Positions 40,715 through 50,947 of a stretch of DNA of 64,000 bases are shown piece by piece. Under the pieces are notes generated by a model, which saw only the letters and a list, made by a program, of their open reading frames with translations, did no database searches and was not told where the DNA came from. Position 1 is the stretch's first letter. Each line of letters begins with the position of its first letter. The DNA lies in assembly GCA_017480445.1 (NCBI GenBank), contig JAFVAO010000047.1, positions 685 to 64,684 of the forward strand. The letters are read 5' to 3'. Source of the DNA: Lachnospiraceae bacterium. Its GTDB lineage: Bacteria > Bacillota > Clostridia > Lachnospirales > Lachnospiraceae. The position numbers and the translations under genes were made by a program.

Positions 40715-42199
40715 TCATTCCGGCTCACAAAAAGCCTCATACAGCGGTTTGCATGCAGGGTAAATTTTGCGAAACCGCGCATATCTGCCATTGTATCTGT
40801 CTATCAACGCCTGCTCTGGCACGATCACCTCCGACACCCGCACAAGCGCCTCTGCCGCCGCCTGCACTGACGGGTATTCCCCGCAGGCGACCGCCGCCAG
40901 CATCGCCCCTCCCAGGGAAGGACCCTCCTCTTGCTCGACCACCTCCACCGGCAGTCCCAGCACATTGGCTATGATGGTTTTCCACAGCGGACTCTTCGCA
41001 CCGCCGCCGCAGATGCGGGTCTTCTCCGGACAGATCCCCAGACTCTTCGCCACCTCCAGAGAGTCGCGCAATGCAAAAGCAACGCCCTCTAACACCGCCT
41101 GGGTCATATCCTGTCTGGTGGTGTCCATCGTCATGCCGATGAATGTTCCCCGCGCATGGGGATCGTTGTGCGGCGACCGCTCTCCCATGAGATAGGGCAA
41201 AAAATACACCGCATTGCGCCCCAGCTGTTCCGCCGTGATCCCCGCCTGTTCCGCATCGTAGGCATCGGTCTGCAGGATCGTATCCATCCACCATTTATTG
41301 CACGAGGCAGCGCTGAGCATACAGCCCATGAGATGGTAGCTGCCGTCCGCATGGGCAAAGGCGTGCAGCGCATTGAACCGATCCACGGAGAATCGCGCAG
41401 AGGAAATGAAAATCGTGCCGCTGGTGCCCAGGGAAATATTGCACATGCCGTCCCCCACCGTTCCGGTTCCCACCGCTGCCGCCGCGTTGTCTCCGGCGCC
41501 GGCGGCCACCGTACAGGTCAACGGAATCCCCAGCTGCTCACAGATCTCTGGTTTGACGCACCCCACCTTCTCATAGCTTTCATAACAGGTGGCAAGCTGG
41601 CTTTTCTGTACGCCGCAGAGCGCACACATCTCCTCCGACCAGCAGCGGTGCTGCACATCGAATAACAGCGTGCCCGACGCATCCGAGACATCCGTGCAGT
41701 GTACACCCGTCAGCCGATACGCAATGTAATCTTTCGGCAGCATGATCCTGGCAATCCGCGCAAAATGGTCCGGCTCATGCTTTTGCAGCCACAACAGCTT
41801 GGGTGCGGTAAATCCCGCAAACGCGATGTTGGCCGTGTACGCAGACAGCTTCTGCCTGCCGACCACCTCGTTGAGATAATCGCACTCCTCCTGGGTCCTG
41901 CCGTCATTCCACAGAATCGCCGGCCGGATCACCGCATCCTGCGCATCCAGAATCACCAGTCCGTGCATCTGGCCGCCAAAGCTGATGCCGGCGACCTGCG
42001 ACCGATCCTCTCCGTCCAAAAGCGCTTCCAGCCCCTGAAGCGTCTGCTCCCACCAGTCCTCCGGATTCTGCTCCGACCAGCCGGGCTTTGGAAAATACAG
42101 CGGATATTCTCTGGAAACCGTTTTTTTCACACCCGTGCGCGTATCCAACAAAAGCAGCTTCACCGAGGAAGTTCCCAGATCAATGCCAACGTATAACAT
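40715..42199 (-). CDS. xylB: Xylulokinase (FGGY family)
   Basis: GIDLGTSSVK, GQMHGLV, AILWND.R, FTAPK, GAGDNAA, FLPYLMGERSP. Confidence 0.9.
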   Translation of the reverse strand: MLYVGIDLGTSSVKLLLLDTRTGVKKTVSREYPLYFPKPGWSEQNPEDWWEQTLQGLEALLDGEDRSQVAGISFGGQMHGLVILDAQDAVIRPAILWNDGRTQEECDYLNEVVGRQKLSAYTANIAFAGFTAPKLLWLQKHEPDHFARIARIMLPKDYIAYRLTGVHCTDVSDASGTLLFDVQHRCWSEEMCALCGVQKSQLATCYESYEKVGCVKPEICEQLGIPLTCTVAAGAGDNAAAAVGTGTVGDGMCNISLGTSGTIFISSARFSVDRFNALHAFAHADGSYHLMGCMLSAASCNKWWMDTILQTDAYDAEQAGITAEQLGRNAVYFLPYLMGERSPHNDPHARGTFIGMTMDTTRQDMTQAVLEGVAFALRDSLEVAKSLGICPEKTRICGGGAKSPLWKTIIANVLGLPVEVVEQEEGPSLGGAMLAAVACGEYPSVQAAAEALVRVSEVIVPEQALIDRYNGRYARFRKIYPACKPLYEAFCEPE

Positions 42200-44387
42200 T
42201 TCGAATCTCCTTTCTGAGCCGCACAAGCATCGCCCACAGCGCACCCTCATCATCCCGCGCGGGGTTGCCGAAAAAGGCCTGATAGAGCGTCTGTTCCTCC
42301 GCCTCCGACACTGCGATACCGTATTCTGAACGTATATAATCCAACTGTTCTTTCAGCGTGCGATAACCCGCGAAGGATTTGTGCTTTCTCTGCACATTCT
42401 CCCGCGTCCTGCGATATTCCAGCTGCACGCGCTCCCGCACGGGAAGCGCGCGCTCCCTGCGCATGCGGGACAGATACATACCGGAAAAGATCACCATCGC
42501 CACCGCGGCCACGAGCAGCAGCAGAACACTGAGTCCGCTCACAGCGCGCTCCAGATACGTTCCCAGATTGCCCTGATCCACCTGCAGCTGACTGTCCTGT
42601 CCCTCCGGCGACAGAAAGGCCTCCCAGAAGGATGTGGTCTCCACTGTGGCCGAGGAAGGCGTCGGATCCACCACGATCCAGCCTCTGCCCGGTATATAAA
42701 TCTCCACCCAGGCGTGGGCGAACGCGTCCGGGATCTCCAGCTCTACCAGAGCCGTCTCGCCAAACGGCGCATAGCCTGCATAGTAGTCCGCATAGTCGGC
42801 GCCCTCCACGAGTTCACCGATATCCACCACATCATAGTAAGAAAACATATAGCCTTCCACATAGCGGGCCGGTATGCCCATGTAACGCAGAAGCATCGTA
42901 CCCGATGTGGCAAAGTGGGTACAGTAACCACGCTTGGAATCCAACAGAAAGTGCGTGATATAATCCTGGTTGCCGAAGATATACCCCGGCCGCAGCGTAT
43001 AGGAATAATTGTCCTGAAAATATTGAATGACCTGGTTGGCGATCTCCTCCGAGGTGCCGCCGAAACCGCCCTGTTCACAGACGCTTGACACCGCCGCCAG
43101 ACAGCTGTCCGGCACCGTGAGATACGCGGGATCCACCTCCTGCTCCGGAATCGTCACCGGTCCGCCGGACGGATAATAGATATACGTGGAGGTGTCTCCC
43201 TCCTTTTCCGTCGCCGGCTCATAGGTATAATAGGGCAGATACTCATAGACCTTGGAGGCGCCGACATTCTCGATCTCCATGATACCGCGTCCCTGTATGG
43301 AGGGATCCGTCTCATAGGTCTCCATGCGCGCATAGAGCGTCGGCAGCATCTTTACATCCTCCAGCGCATCGTCTCCCGCAACCGTCCAGCGCGTTCCCTC
43401 ATAGTCCTTGCCCGTAAACGCCTTCAGGTACACGCTCTGATAGCTGTAGGGAGTGTACCGCACGATCAAATCCGTCTCATAATCGGCAGTCACCGACCCG
43501 CCGCGGCTCAGCGTACCGCCGCTGATGCCGGAGCCGATGCTGCCGCCCGGGAACATCGCCGCGAAGCCGACCTGCGCCAGGAGTGTCGCCGCATCTCTCG
43601 TGGATTCTTTCATCGCATTCTGCGGCATATTTCTCTCATAGCTTTGCTGCGGGATCAAAAAAGCGGTCAGCCGCATCACCACAACCACACAGACCACGAC
43701 CACCGGCAGGAAGAACCGCAGCTGTCCGGTCTGCTGCCTGCGCAGCTTTCCCATGTTCAGCATATCCACCGCCACATAACCGCTGAACAACAGCATCATA
43801 TAGAGCAATCCCGGGGAACGCTCAAAATACAGCGGCACCAGATAGGGCGTGAACGTAAACAGCACGATCTTGGTCAGGCTCGCCTTGTTCTGCAGCTCAA
43901 TATTGAACAGGATACACCCCACCATGCCCAAAAAGATCAAAAACATCGTGACCGCCGTGTATTCCTCCTCCACCATCAGCGCGTACTCCACGCCGTTGGA
44001 CAGATTTAAATAATCTCTGGCCGTCTCAAAAATCTTATTGATAATCGCATAATAACCGCTGTTGATCACCCAGTAATTGGTGAACGCAATATAAAAATAG
44101 ACAAACAGCAAAGCGACGCTGACCAGATTGATCAGCCACTTTTTCTCGGTCTCATAGACGCCGCACAGCAGGATGGAAAAACCGAAGATCACCAGGATAC
44201 AGATCCCCTTGTTGTATTCCACCTCGTAGGCGGATGTAAAGCCTCCGATCGCTCCATAGACCAGAAAAAGCAAAAGCAATGCCTTGGCAAGCACCGCATA
44301 GATGTCATAGGCATGCTTCGTCTGTCTGCGCGTCAACACCAGTTCCGGCCTGTTCTCTTGCTTTTTGTTCCTACCGAATATACGCAC
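42180..44387 (-). CDS. Membrane-bound transglutaminase-like protein
   Basis: Multi-TM N-terminus; catalytic triad GYCTHFA / HAWVE / VDPTP; C-terminal TM; GTG start inferred. Confidence 0.85.
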   Translation of the reverse strand: MRIFGRNKKQENRPELVLTRRQTKHAYDIYAVLAKALLLLFLVYGAIGGFTSAYEVEYNKGICILVIFGFSILLCGVYETEKKWLINLVSVALLFVYFYIAFTNYWVINSGYYAIINKIFETARDYLNLSNGVEYALMVEEEYTAVTMFLIFLGMVGCILFNIELQNKASLTKIVLFTFTPYLVPLYFERSPGLLYMMLLFSGYVAVDMLNMGKLRRQQTGQLRFFLPVVVVCVVVVMRLTAFLIPQQSYERNMPQNAMKESTRDAATLLAQVGFAAMFPGGSIGSGISGGTLSRGGSVTADYETDLIVRYTPYSYQSVYLKAFTGKDYEGTRWTVAGDDALEDVKMLPTLYARMETYETDPSIQGRGIMEIENVGASKVYEYLPYYTYEPATEKEGDTSTYIYYPSGGPVTIPEQEVDPAYLTVPDSCLAAVSSVCEQGGFGGTSEEIANQVIQYFQDNYSYTLRPGYIFGNQDYITHFLLDSKRGYCTHFATSGTMLLRYMGIPARYVEGYMFSYYDVVDIGELVEGADYADYYAGYAPFGETALVELEIPDAFAHAWVEIYIPGRGWIVVDPTPSSATVETTSFWEAFLSPEGQDSQLQVDQGNLGTYLERAVSGLSVLLLLVAAVAMVIFSGMYLSRMRRERALPVRERVQLEYRRTRENVQRKHKSFAGYRTLKEQLDYIRSEYGIAVSEAEEQTLYQAFFGNPARDDEGALWAMLVRLRKEIRNVIRWH

Positions 44388-45399
44388 CCTTGTATGCTCC
44401 TGTCTGCACCAAAATATAGCCTTCCTGCGGTCGCTCCATCTCCATGCGTTCTCTGGCACTGCCGGACACCCGCAGACCGCTGCCGCTTAGAATCTCACTG
44501 ATAATCGCTTCCATCTCCCCTGTCTCCGCAATATATTGCGAGCGGAACTCATTGTTCACCCCGATCCAGAACAGCTGTACCGGGTACTCTTTCTCCAGAA
44601 GCAGCTGCAGCAGATAGTACAGCGCGTCCATCAGCGCATCATTCTCCTGCCTGTCCTCCCCCAGCGGCAAAAGCACATTGATCTTCTGCCTGCCGCTCGC
44701 CAGCCGCTCCCGCACCATCAGCTTGTTCTGCTTGGCAGTCAGCTTCCAGTGGATGTTTTTGAGCTCATCCCCCGGCACATACTCCCGTATCTCATAGTCC
44801 GGATTGTATTCGATGCCTCTCTGGCGCGACTCATTCTCCTTGGGAAAGCCCTCCACGCTGGCATAAACCTCGTCCTCCGGCGCGACCGCCGGCATGGCCG
44901 AGACCACTGTGCCGCTGGACTGTCGGTCGATAAACCGCACATAGAACAGATGCAGCAGATCGTACACGACAAAATCTTCCACCTGCGCCTCCACCCGTCC
45001 GGCATACCGGCTCTCCAGTGTCAGATCCAGTCCGTATCCCTTGACCGGCGCGAGAAATATGTGCTCCTTCCCGCGACCCTCCTGACCTGTAAACACATTA
45101 CACCAGCGGTAGGTCAGATCCGCCGTGAAGCCCACGAACCGCTTCGGGTTCTCCACTTGTATGTGAAACGGAAATACCGTGGCGCGCGCCACACGCGCCG
45201 CGGGCATGGAAAAGCGCACCCGAATGGACTCCTTTCCGATGAAGAGGGACCAACTCGACAGCGCGGCGCAACTGATAGCCAGCACGAAAGCCAGCACAAA
45301 CAGATAGCTCCGCAACATCCACCACAGCAGAAACAGCAGACAGAGCAGTGCGCCAAACGAAATTACCCCCCGAACGCTCAACCGCATCTTTTTCTCCAT
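44371..45399 (-). CDS. DUF58 domain protein
   Basis: IREYVPGDELKNIHWKLTAK...LMVRE. Confidence 0.88.
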   Translation of the reverse strand: MEKKMRLSVRGVISFGALLCLLFLLWWMLRSYLFVLAFVLAISCAALSSWSLFIGKESIRVRFSMPAARVARATVFPFHIQVENPKRFVGFTADLTYRWCNVFTGQEGRGKEHIFLAPVKGYGLDLTLESRYAGRVEAQVEDFVVYDLLHLFYVRFIDRQSSGTVVSAMPAVAPEDEVYASVEGFPKENESRQRGIEYNPDYEIREYVPGDELKNIHWKLTAKQNKLMVRERLASGRQKINVLLPLGEDRQENDALMDALYYLLQLLLEKEYPVQLFWIGVNNEFRSQYIAETGEMEAIISEILSGSGLRVSGSARERMEMERPQEGYILVQTGAYKGAYIR

Positions 45400-46320
45400 T
45401 TACACAGCCTGTATCCTTTCCGTGATATCCAGGATCACCTGCTCCACATCGGCGCCCTCCGCACGTGCCCGCGCGTTGAGATGCACCCTGTGTCTCCACA
45501 CATCATTGATGACGGACAACACATCCTCCGGGATCACATACTCCCCGCCGCGCATCAATGCCATCGCCTTCGCCATCTTCAGCAGCGCGATACTGCCTCT
45601 GGGGCTGACGCCCAGCGCGATCCGCGCATCCTGTCTGGTCGCCTCCGTCAGATTGGTGATATACTCCAGCATATTGTCCGCCACATGCAGCTCTCCCGCC
45701 TGCCTGCGCAGCTCCAAAAGCCGCTCCGTCGTCAGCACACTCTGCACCTGATCCAGACCTTGTCCGACACTGCCCCGCAGCACATCCAGCGCCGCCTCAT
45801 GGGACGGATAACCCATGTTCAGACAGATCAGGAAACGGTCCAGCTGCGACTCCGGCAACAGCTGTGTCCCCGCAGATCCGAAGGGATTCTCCGTCGCGAT
45901 GACTGTGAACGGCGTCGGCAGCGAATAGCTCACGCCATCCACCGTCACACGCGCCTCCTCCATCACCTCCAGCAGCGCCGACTGCGTCTTGGAGGAGGTA
46001 CGGTTCAGCTCGTCCGCCAGGAACAGATTACAGAAAATTGCACCCTTTTTATACTCGAACGCACCTGTTCCACTGTTATACATGGTAAAGCCTACGATGT
46101 CGCTGGGCAGCACATCCGGCGTAAACTGCATTCGTTTATACTGCAGATCCATCGCTTTTCCAAGCGCCATGGCCAGCGTTGTCTTTCCAACGCCGGGAAT
46201 ATCCTCCAGCAGCACATGACCGCCGGCCAGCACTGCTGCCAGCACCTTGCGGATCACCCGCTCCTTGCCCTTCACGACCTTATTGACTTCTGTGATCACC
46301 TGTTCCAACTCGTTGCTCAT
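45400..46320 (-). CDS. MoxR family AAA+ ATPase
   Basis: GHVLLEDIPGVGKTT, QFTPDVLPSD, LADELNR, LPESQLDRF, GVSPRG. Confidence 0.95.
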   Translation of the reverse strand: MSNELEQVITEVNKVVKGKERVIRKVLAAVLAGGHVLLEDIPGVGKTTLAMALGKAMDLQYKRMQFTPDVLPSDIVGFTMYNSGTGAFEYKKGAIFCNLFLADELNRTSSKTQSALLEVMEEARVTVDGVSYSLPTPFTVIATENPFGSAGTQLLPESQLDRFLICLNMGYPSHEAALDVLRGSVGQGLDQVQSVLTTERLLELRRQAGELHVADNMLEYITNLTEATRQDARIALGVSPRGSIALLKMAKAMALMRGGEYVIPEDVLSVINDVWRHRVHLNARARAEGADVEQVILDITERIQAV

Positions 46321-46425
46321 ATCGTTTTTCCTTTCAGGCAGATTTCGGTATTCCCTGTTTCCTGCGCTTGCGCGTTTATTTTTCTCCATGTTCAGCTTAT
46401 CATTTCTTTCTTCTTTTTTCAACGC

Positions 46426-46461
46426 AAAAAACTGCCGCGGAAGCCCTTCCGCAGCAGTTTT
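46426..46461 (-). terminator. Rho-independent terminator after the Rrf2 gene
   Basis: AAAACTGC.GCGGAAG/CTTCCGC.GCAGTTTT inverted repeat. Confidence 0.75.
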
Positions 46462-46479
46462 ATAAAATTTTAATATTTA

Positions 46480-46920
46480 TTATATGCTATAGTCCAACGC
46501 CTCCAGACGACTTTTGTGGCGCTCCACCAGATCCGCCAGCGTCACGCTGTCAACCACCTGATCAATCGCCTTGGCGAGTTCCCGCCACACCTCCAGCGTG
46601 TCGCAGGTGTCACAGCGCTCACAGGCCTCCGCGCCCTCATCCAGACAGGCGACCGGTGCCAGACTGCCCTCCGTCACGCGCAGAATCATACCAACCGTAT
46701 ACTGCTCCGGAGACTTGGAAAGCCGGTATCCGCCCTGGGCACCGCGCACACTGTTCACATAACCGGCCCTGCTAAGCGCCGCAATGATCTGTTCCAGATA
46801 TTTTTCCGAAATGTCCTGCCTGGCCGCAATCTCTTTCACCTTGATACACTCACCGGTATTATTCAGCGCAAGATCCAGCATGACCCGCACGGCGTATCTG
46901 CCCTTGGTTGATATCTTCAT
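46480..46920 (-). CDS. Rrf2 family regulator (CymR/IscR-like)
   Basis: MKISTKGRYAVR, ISEKYLEQI, SVRGAQGGY, Cys cluster VAC..C..C..C. Confidence 0.93.
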   Translation of the reverse strand: MKISTKGRYAVRVMLDLALNNTGECIKVKEIAARQDISEKYLEQIIAALSRAGYVNSVRGAQGGYRLSKSPEQYTVGMILRVTEGSLAPVACLDEGAEACERCDTCDTLEVWRELAKAIDQVVDSVTLADLVERHKSRLEALDYSI

Positions 46921-47003
46921 GTTCCACCTCTCTTTTCGTCAGGTTCGATTGTCGTCACTTGTTTTCGCACTGTACTTGTCGAATTTGCTCCGACGGACTG
47001 AAC

Positions 47004-47813
47004 TTACTTAAACGGAATCACGCCGCCGTCGTAGTTATCCTCAATGTACTGCTTGATGGTGTCTGACTTCAGCGCATCCACCAATGCCTTGATCTTGGGC
47101 TGGTTCTCATTGCCGGACTTTACAGCGATCACATTCACGTAGGTCGCAGCCGCCTCGGAATCCGCGCTCTCGTAAGCCAACGCATCCTTTGCCACGGAGA
47201 AGCCTGCCTCCATCGCATAGTTACCGTTCATCACGGCGAAGGAAACATCCGGTAAGGTTCTGGGAATCTGCGCAGCCTCCAGCTCTACCAGCTGAATGTT
47301 GTAAGGGTTCTCCACAATATCGATCTTGGTCGCAGTCAGCCCCACACCATCCTTCAGCGTGATGATCCCGTTGTCCTGCAACAGCAGCAGCGCTCTCGCC
47401 TCGTTGGTGGTGTCATTGGGCACCGCGATGGTTGCATCCTGCACATTTGCCAGATCGGACTCCTTGCCGGGATAGATGCCAAACGGCTCATAGTGGATAC
47501 CGCCGGCGTTCACCAGATGGGTACCCTGCTCCACATTGAACTGCTCCAGATACGGAATGTGCTGGAAATAGTTTGCGTCAAAATCGCCTGCCTCCACCAC
47601 ATTGTTGGGCTGCACGTAATCATTGAACACCTGTACCTCCAGGGTATATCCCTGCTGTGCCAGGATCGGCTTTGCCTGCTCCAACAGCTCCGCGTGGGGA
47701 ACCGCCGTAGCCGCCACCTTGATCACCTTGTCGTCCTTGCTGCCGCCGCAGCCCGTCAGTGCACTCACACTCAAAGCTGCCACCGCAATCCATGCCAATA
47801 CTCTTTTTTTCAT
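47004..47813 (-). CDS. metQ: Methionine ABC transporter lipoprotein
   Basis: Lipobox LTGC, DYVQPN, DANYFQH, PNDTTNEARAL. Confidence 0.92.
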   Translation of the reverse strand: MKKRVLAWIAVAALSVSALTGCGGSKDDKVIKVAATAVPHAELLEQAKPILAQQGYTLEVQVFNDYVQPNNVVEAGDFDANYFQHIPYLEQFNVEQGTHLVNAGGIHYEPFGIYPGKESDLANVQDATIAVPNDTTNEARALLLLQDNGIITLKDGVGLTATKIDIVENPYNIQLVELEAAQIPRTLPDVSFAVMNGNYAMEAGFSVAKDALAYESADSEAAATYVNVIAVKSGNENQPKIKALVDALKSDTIKQYIEDNYDGGVIPFK

Positions 47814-47883
47814 AATTTTCTCCTCCTTTATCTGCATCATCGCCCTGATTGGGCGTTTGCATTCCTTTTTCGTTTTACACCGG

Positions 47884-48561
47884 TCAGCTCAGCCGCTTAT
47901 CCAGCTTTCTGGCCAGTTTGCTGGCGATCCACTGCATGATCTGTACCAGCAGAATCAACAACAGTACGGTCACCAGCATAATATCTGTCTCATAGCGGTA
48001 ATAACCGTAGGTGATGGCTGTGTCACCCAAGCCGCCGCCTCCCACCACGCCTGCCATGGCGGAATAACCCAAGATCGTTCCCAGCGCGATGGTCGCGCCG
48101 ACCACCAGAGACGTCCGCGCCTCCCCGATCAACACTTTCGTGATGATGGTCCAAAGGTCAGCGCCCATGCTCTGCGCCGCCTCCACCACACCTTTGTCCA
48201 CCTCCAGCAGAGAGGACTCCACCATGCGGGCGATGAAGGGCGCCGCCGCGAGCGTCAGCGGAACCACAGTAGCCGTAGGACCATAGCTCTTGCCCACGAT
48301 CATTCTGGTAAACGGAATCACCAGAATCAACAGGATCAAAAACGGCACGCTGCGCACGATGTTGATCACAAAATCCATGACCTTGTAGACCAGCGCGTTC
48401 GGACGCAGACCGTCCTTGGCCGTAACCACCAGCACCACGCCCATGGGCAGTCCCAGTACATATCCCAAAAACGTGGACGCCAGCGTCATATACAGCGTTG
48501 TCAATATATCTTCTCCCAGCATCTTTAAGATGACCGGTTCAAATACCATCAGATCAGACAT
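47884..48561 (-). CDS. metI: Methionine ABC transporter permease
   Basis: RSVPFLILL, EAAQSMGA, YSAMAGVVGGGGLG, GYYRY. Confidence 0.92.
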   Translation of the reverse strand: MSDLMVFEPVILKMLGEDILTTLYMTLASTFLGYVLGLPMGVVLVVTAKDGLRPNALVYKVMDFVINIVRSVPFLILLILVIPFTRMIVGKSYGPTATVVPLTLAAAPFIARMVESSLLEVDKGVVEAAQSMGADLWTIITKVLIGEARTSLVVGATIALGTILGYSAMAGVVGGGGLGDTAITYGYYRYETDIMLVTVLLLILLVQIMQWIASKLARKLDKRLS

Positions 48562-49561
48562 GGCCTTCCACCTCCTCCACCGTCAACTTTCGCTCCTGCA
48601 GATAATGGATCATATGATTAGCCGTCTGCTCATCCTCCGGCAGCTGCAGAATCATTTGTCCATGAGCGATACCGCCGATGTCCTTGGTATCCGCCAGCAA
48701 AATATTCACCGGCGCCTTACAGGTGAGCACCATGTTGGCAATCACCGGCTCAAAGGAAGAATTCTCGGTGAACACAATGCGGATACAGTGTTTTCCCGCC
48801 ATCTCCTCCACCCGTTCGTCCGTCATGAACACCAGCTTCTTGGCCGCCTTGGACTTGGGTGCCTTGAACACCTCCTCCACCGTGCCGTGCTCCGCCAGCT
48901 CGCCCGCATCGATGATGGCCACGTGAGAGCAGATCTCCTGCACCACGCGCATCTCGTGGGTGATGATCACGATGGTAATGCCAAACTCTTGATTGATTTT
49001 TTGTAAAAGCTGCAAAATCGCCTTCGTCGTCGTGGGATCCAGCGCGCTGGTCGCCTCGTCACACAGCAGAATCTTGGGATTGTTCGCCAGCGCTCTGGCG
49101 ATGGCCACGCGCTGCTTCTGTCCGCCGGACAACTGTGCCGGATAGCTGAGCGCCTTCTCCTCCAAACCGACGATCTGCAGCAGCTCCTTCGCCCGCTTCA
49201 CGGCGTCTGCCTTTTTCACGCCGACAATCTCCATGGGAAAACACACATTGTCCAACACATTTTTCTGCATCAGCAGGTTAAAGTGCTGAAAGATCATTGC
49301 GATCTGGGTGCGCATACGGCGCAGCTCCTTCTCCTGCAGCGTGGACAGATCCTTTCCCTCAATCAAGACCGTGCCGGTCGTGGGACGCTCCAGAAAATTC
49401 AGGCAGCGCACCAGCGTGGATTTGCCGGCGCCGCTCATGCCGATGATTCCATAGATATCCCCGGGGGCGATGTCCAGCGTAATCCCCTTTAAGGCTTCCA
49501 CCTGATTGTCTTTTCCGGGAAAGGTTTTTGTCACATTTTGTATCCGGATGATCGGGTCCAT
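48554..49561 (-). CDS. metN: Methionine ABC transporter ATPase
   Basis: GMSGAGKS, YPAQLSGGQKQRV, CDEATSALDP, C-terminal NIL-like domain. Confidence 0.93.
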   Translation of the reverse strand: MDPIIRIQNVTKTFPGKDNQVEALKGITLDIAPGDIYGIIGMSGAGKSTLVRCLNFLERPTTGTVLIEGKDLSTLQEKELRRMRTQIAMIFQHFNLLMQKNVLDNVCFPMEIVGVKKADAVKRAKELLQIVGLEEKALSYPAQLSGGQKQRVAIARALANNPKILLCDEATSALDPTTTKAILQLLQKINQEFGITIVIITHEMRVVQEICSHVAIIDAGELAEHGTVEEVFKAPKSKAAKKLVFMTDERVEEMAGKHCIRIVFTENSSFEPVIANMVLTCKAPVNILLADTKDIGGIAHGQMILQLPEDEQTANHMIHYLQERKLTVEEVEGHV

Positions 49562-49646
49562 TTTTATCATTCCTTTCACTTATCCGACTTTTCCTACCTC
49601 TATACCCGAAAATTCTATCACGTTCGCCGTTTTCCTGCAAGCGCTA

Positions 49647-50585
49647 TTATGCTTCTGTAAACATCGGCGTGGAGAGATATCTGTCGCCGGAATCGGGCAA
49701 AAGTGCCACGATGGTCTTGCCGGCATTCTCCGGTCTGAGCGCCAGTTCCTGCGCCGCATACAATGCAGCACCTGAGGTAATGCCAACCAGAATACCCTCC
49801 GCATGCGCCACCGTTCTGCCGGCATCGAAGGCCTGCTCCGTGGTCACGGTGATGATCTCATCATAAATCTGTGTATTCAGCACGGAGGGCACAAACCCAG
49901 CGCCAATTCCCTGCAGCTTGTGCGGTCCGGGCTTCCCGCCGGAGAGCACCGGTGAATCCGCCGGCTCCACCGCCACAATCTTGATCCCCGGATTCTTGGA
50001 TTTCAGAAATGCACCCACACCTGTCACGGTTCCGCCGGTACCGACGCCCGCCACGAAAATATCTACCTTTCCATCCGTGTCCTCCCAGATTTCGGGACCT
50101 GTGGTCGCCGCGTGGGTAGCCGGATTGGCCGCATTGTCAAACTGTCCTAAAATCACTGCGCCCGGGATGGACTTCTCCAGCTCTTCCGCCTTGGCGATGG
50201 CACCCTTCATGCCCTTTGCGCCCTCGGTCAGAACCAGCTCCGCGCCGTACGCCTTGAGCAGGTTTCTGCGCTCCACACTCATCGTCTCAGGCAGAGTGAG
50301 GATCGTGCGGTATCCCTTGGCCGCGCCGACACTTGCCAGACCGATACCCGTGTTGCCGGAGGTGGGCTCAATGATTACAGAGCCTTTTTTCAAGATGCCC
50401 TTCTTCTCCGCATCTTCCACCATCGCGAGCGCCACTCTGTCTTTCACGCTGCCCGCGGGGTTAAAATACTCCAGCTTTGCCAGAATCGTGGCGTCCTTCA
50501 CGCCCACGCTCTCGCTGAAATTCGACACCTGCAAAAGCGGTGTGTGTCCGATCAGTTCTGTCGCCTTCTGATAAATGTTTCCCAT
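49647..50585 (-). CDS. cysK: Cysteine synthase A
   Basis: [36 protein letters not shown]. Confidence 0.96.
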   Translation of the reverse strand: MGNIYQKATELIGHTPLLQVSNFSESVGVKDATILAKLEYFNPAGSVKDRVALAMVEDAEKKGILKKGSVIIEPTSGNTGIGLASVGAAKGYRTILTLPETMSVERRNLLKAYGAELVLTEGAKGMKGAIAKAEELEKSIPGAVILGQFDNAANPATHAATTGPEIWEDTDGKVDIFVAGVGTGGTVTGVGAFLKSKNPGIKIVAVEPADSPVLSGGKPGPHKLQGIGAGFVPSVLNTQIYDEIITVTTEQAFDAGRTVAHAEGILVGITSGAALYAAQELALRPENAGKTIVALLPDSGDRYLSTPMFTEA

Positions 50586-50630
50586 ATGTGTAATCCTCCT
50601 TTTCCCAGATATTTGCTTGTTTTTTCATTT

Positions 50631-50691
50631 CCTACTTTTTCAGTAGGTTTGTTATGGATTGTATCATACTACGAAAAAATTACTCTGTCAA
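50631..50691 (-). promoter_or_regulatory. cysK promoter with downstream palindromic operator
   Basis: TTGACA(50691-50686)-17-TATGAT(50668-50663); CCTACT-N5-AGTAGG at 50631-50647. Confidence 0.6.
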
Positions 50692-50726
50692 TACGTTTTT
50701 ATGAAAAAGTTTTTTCGCAGCTTTTT

Positions 50727-50755
50727 TTGACATTCTCTGGAATATTCGATATACT
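50727..50755 (+). promoter_or_regulatory. Sigma-70 promoter upstream of the aroA leader
   Basis: TTGACA-17 bp-TATACT. Confidence 0.7.
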
Positions 50756-50947
50756 TCATATATTACAGTATTGCTCATTGGATCGGTCAGGGCTTCGATA
50801 TGGTCAGGACTCCGATATGGCAGCCTGCGCAACGATTATTCGGATGCGCAGGTCGCCATATCTGGTTTGGAGCAAGGACTTTAGGAGGCCGGAGCAAAGC
50901 AGCAAATTAAAGGATGCACAATTTTGTGCGAACAGGAAGATAACCCA

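Noticed and set aside
44536-46473. 645-aa plus-strand ORF
   Set aside because: Antisense to DUF58/moxR
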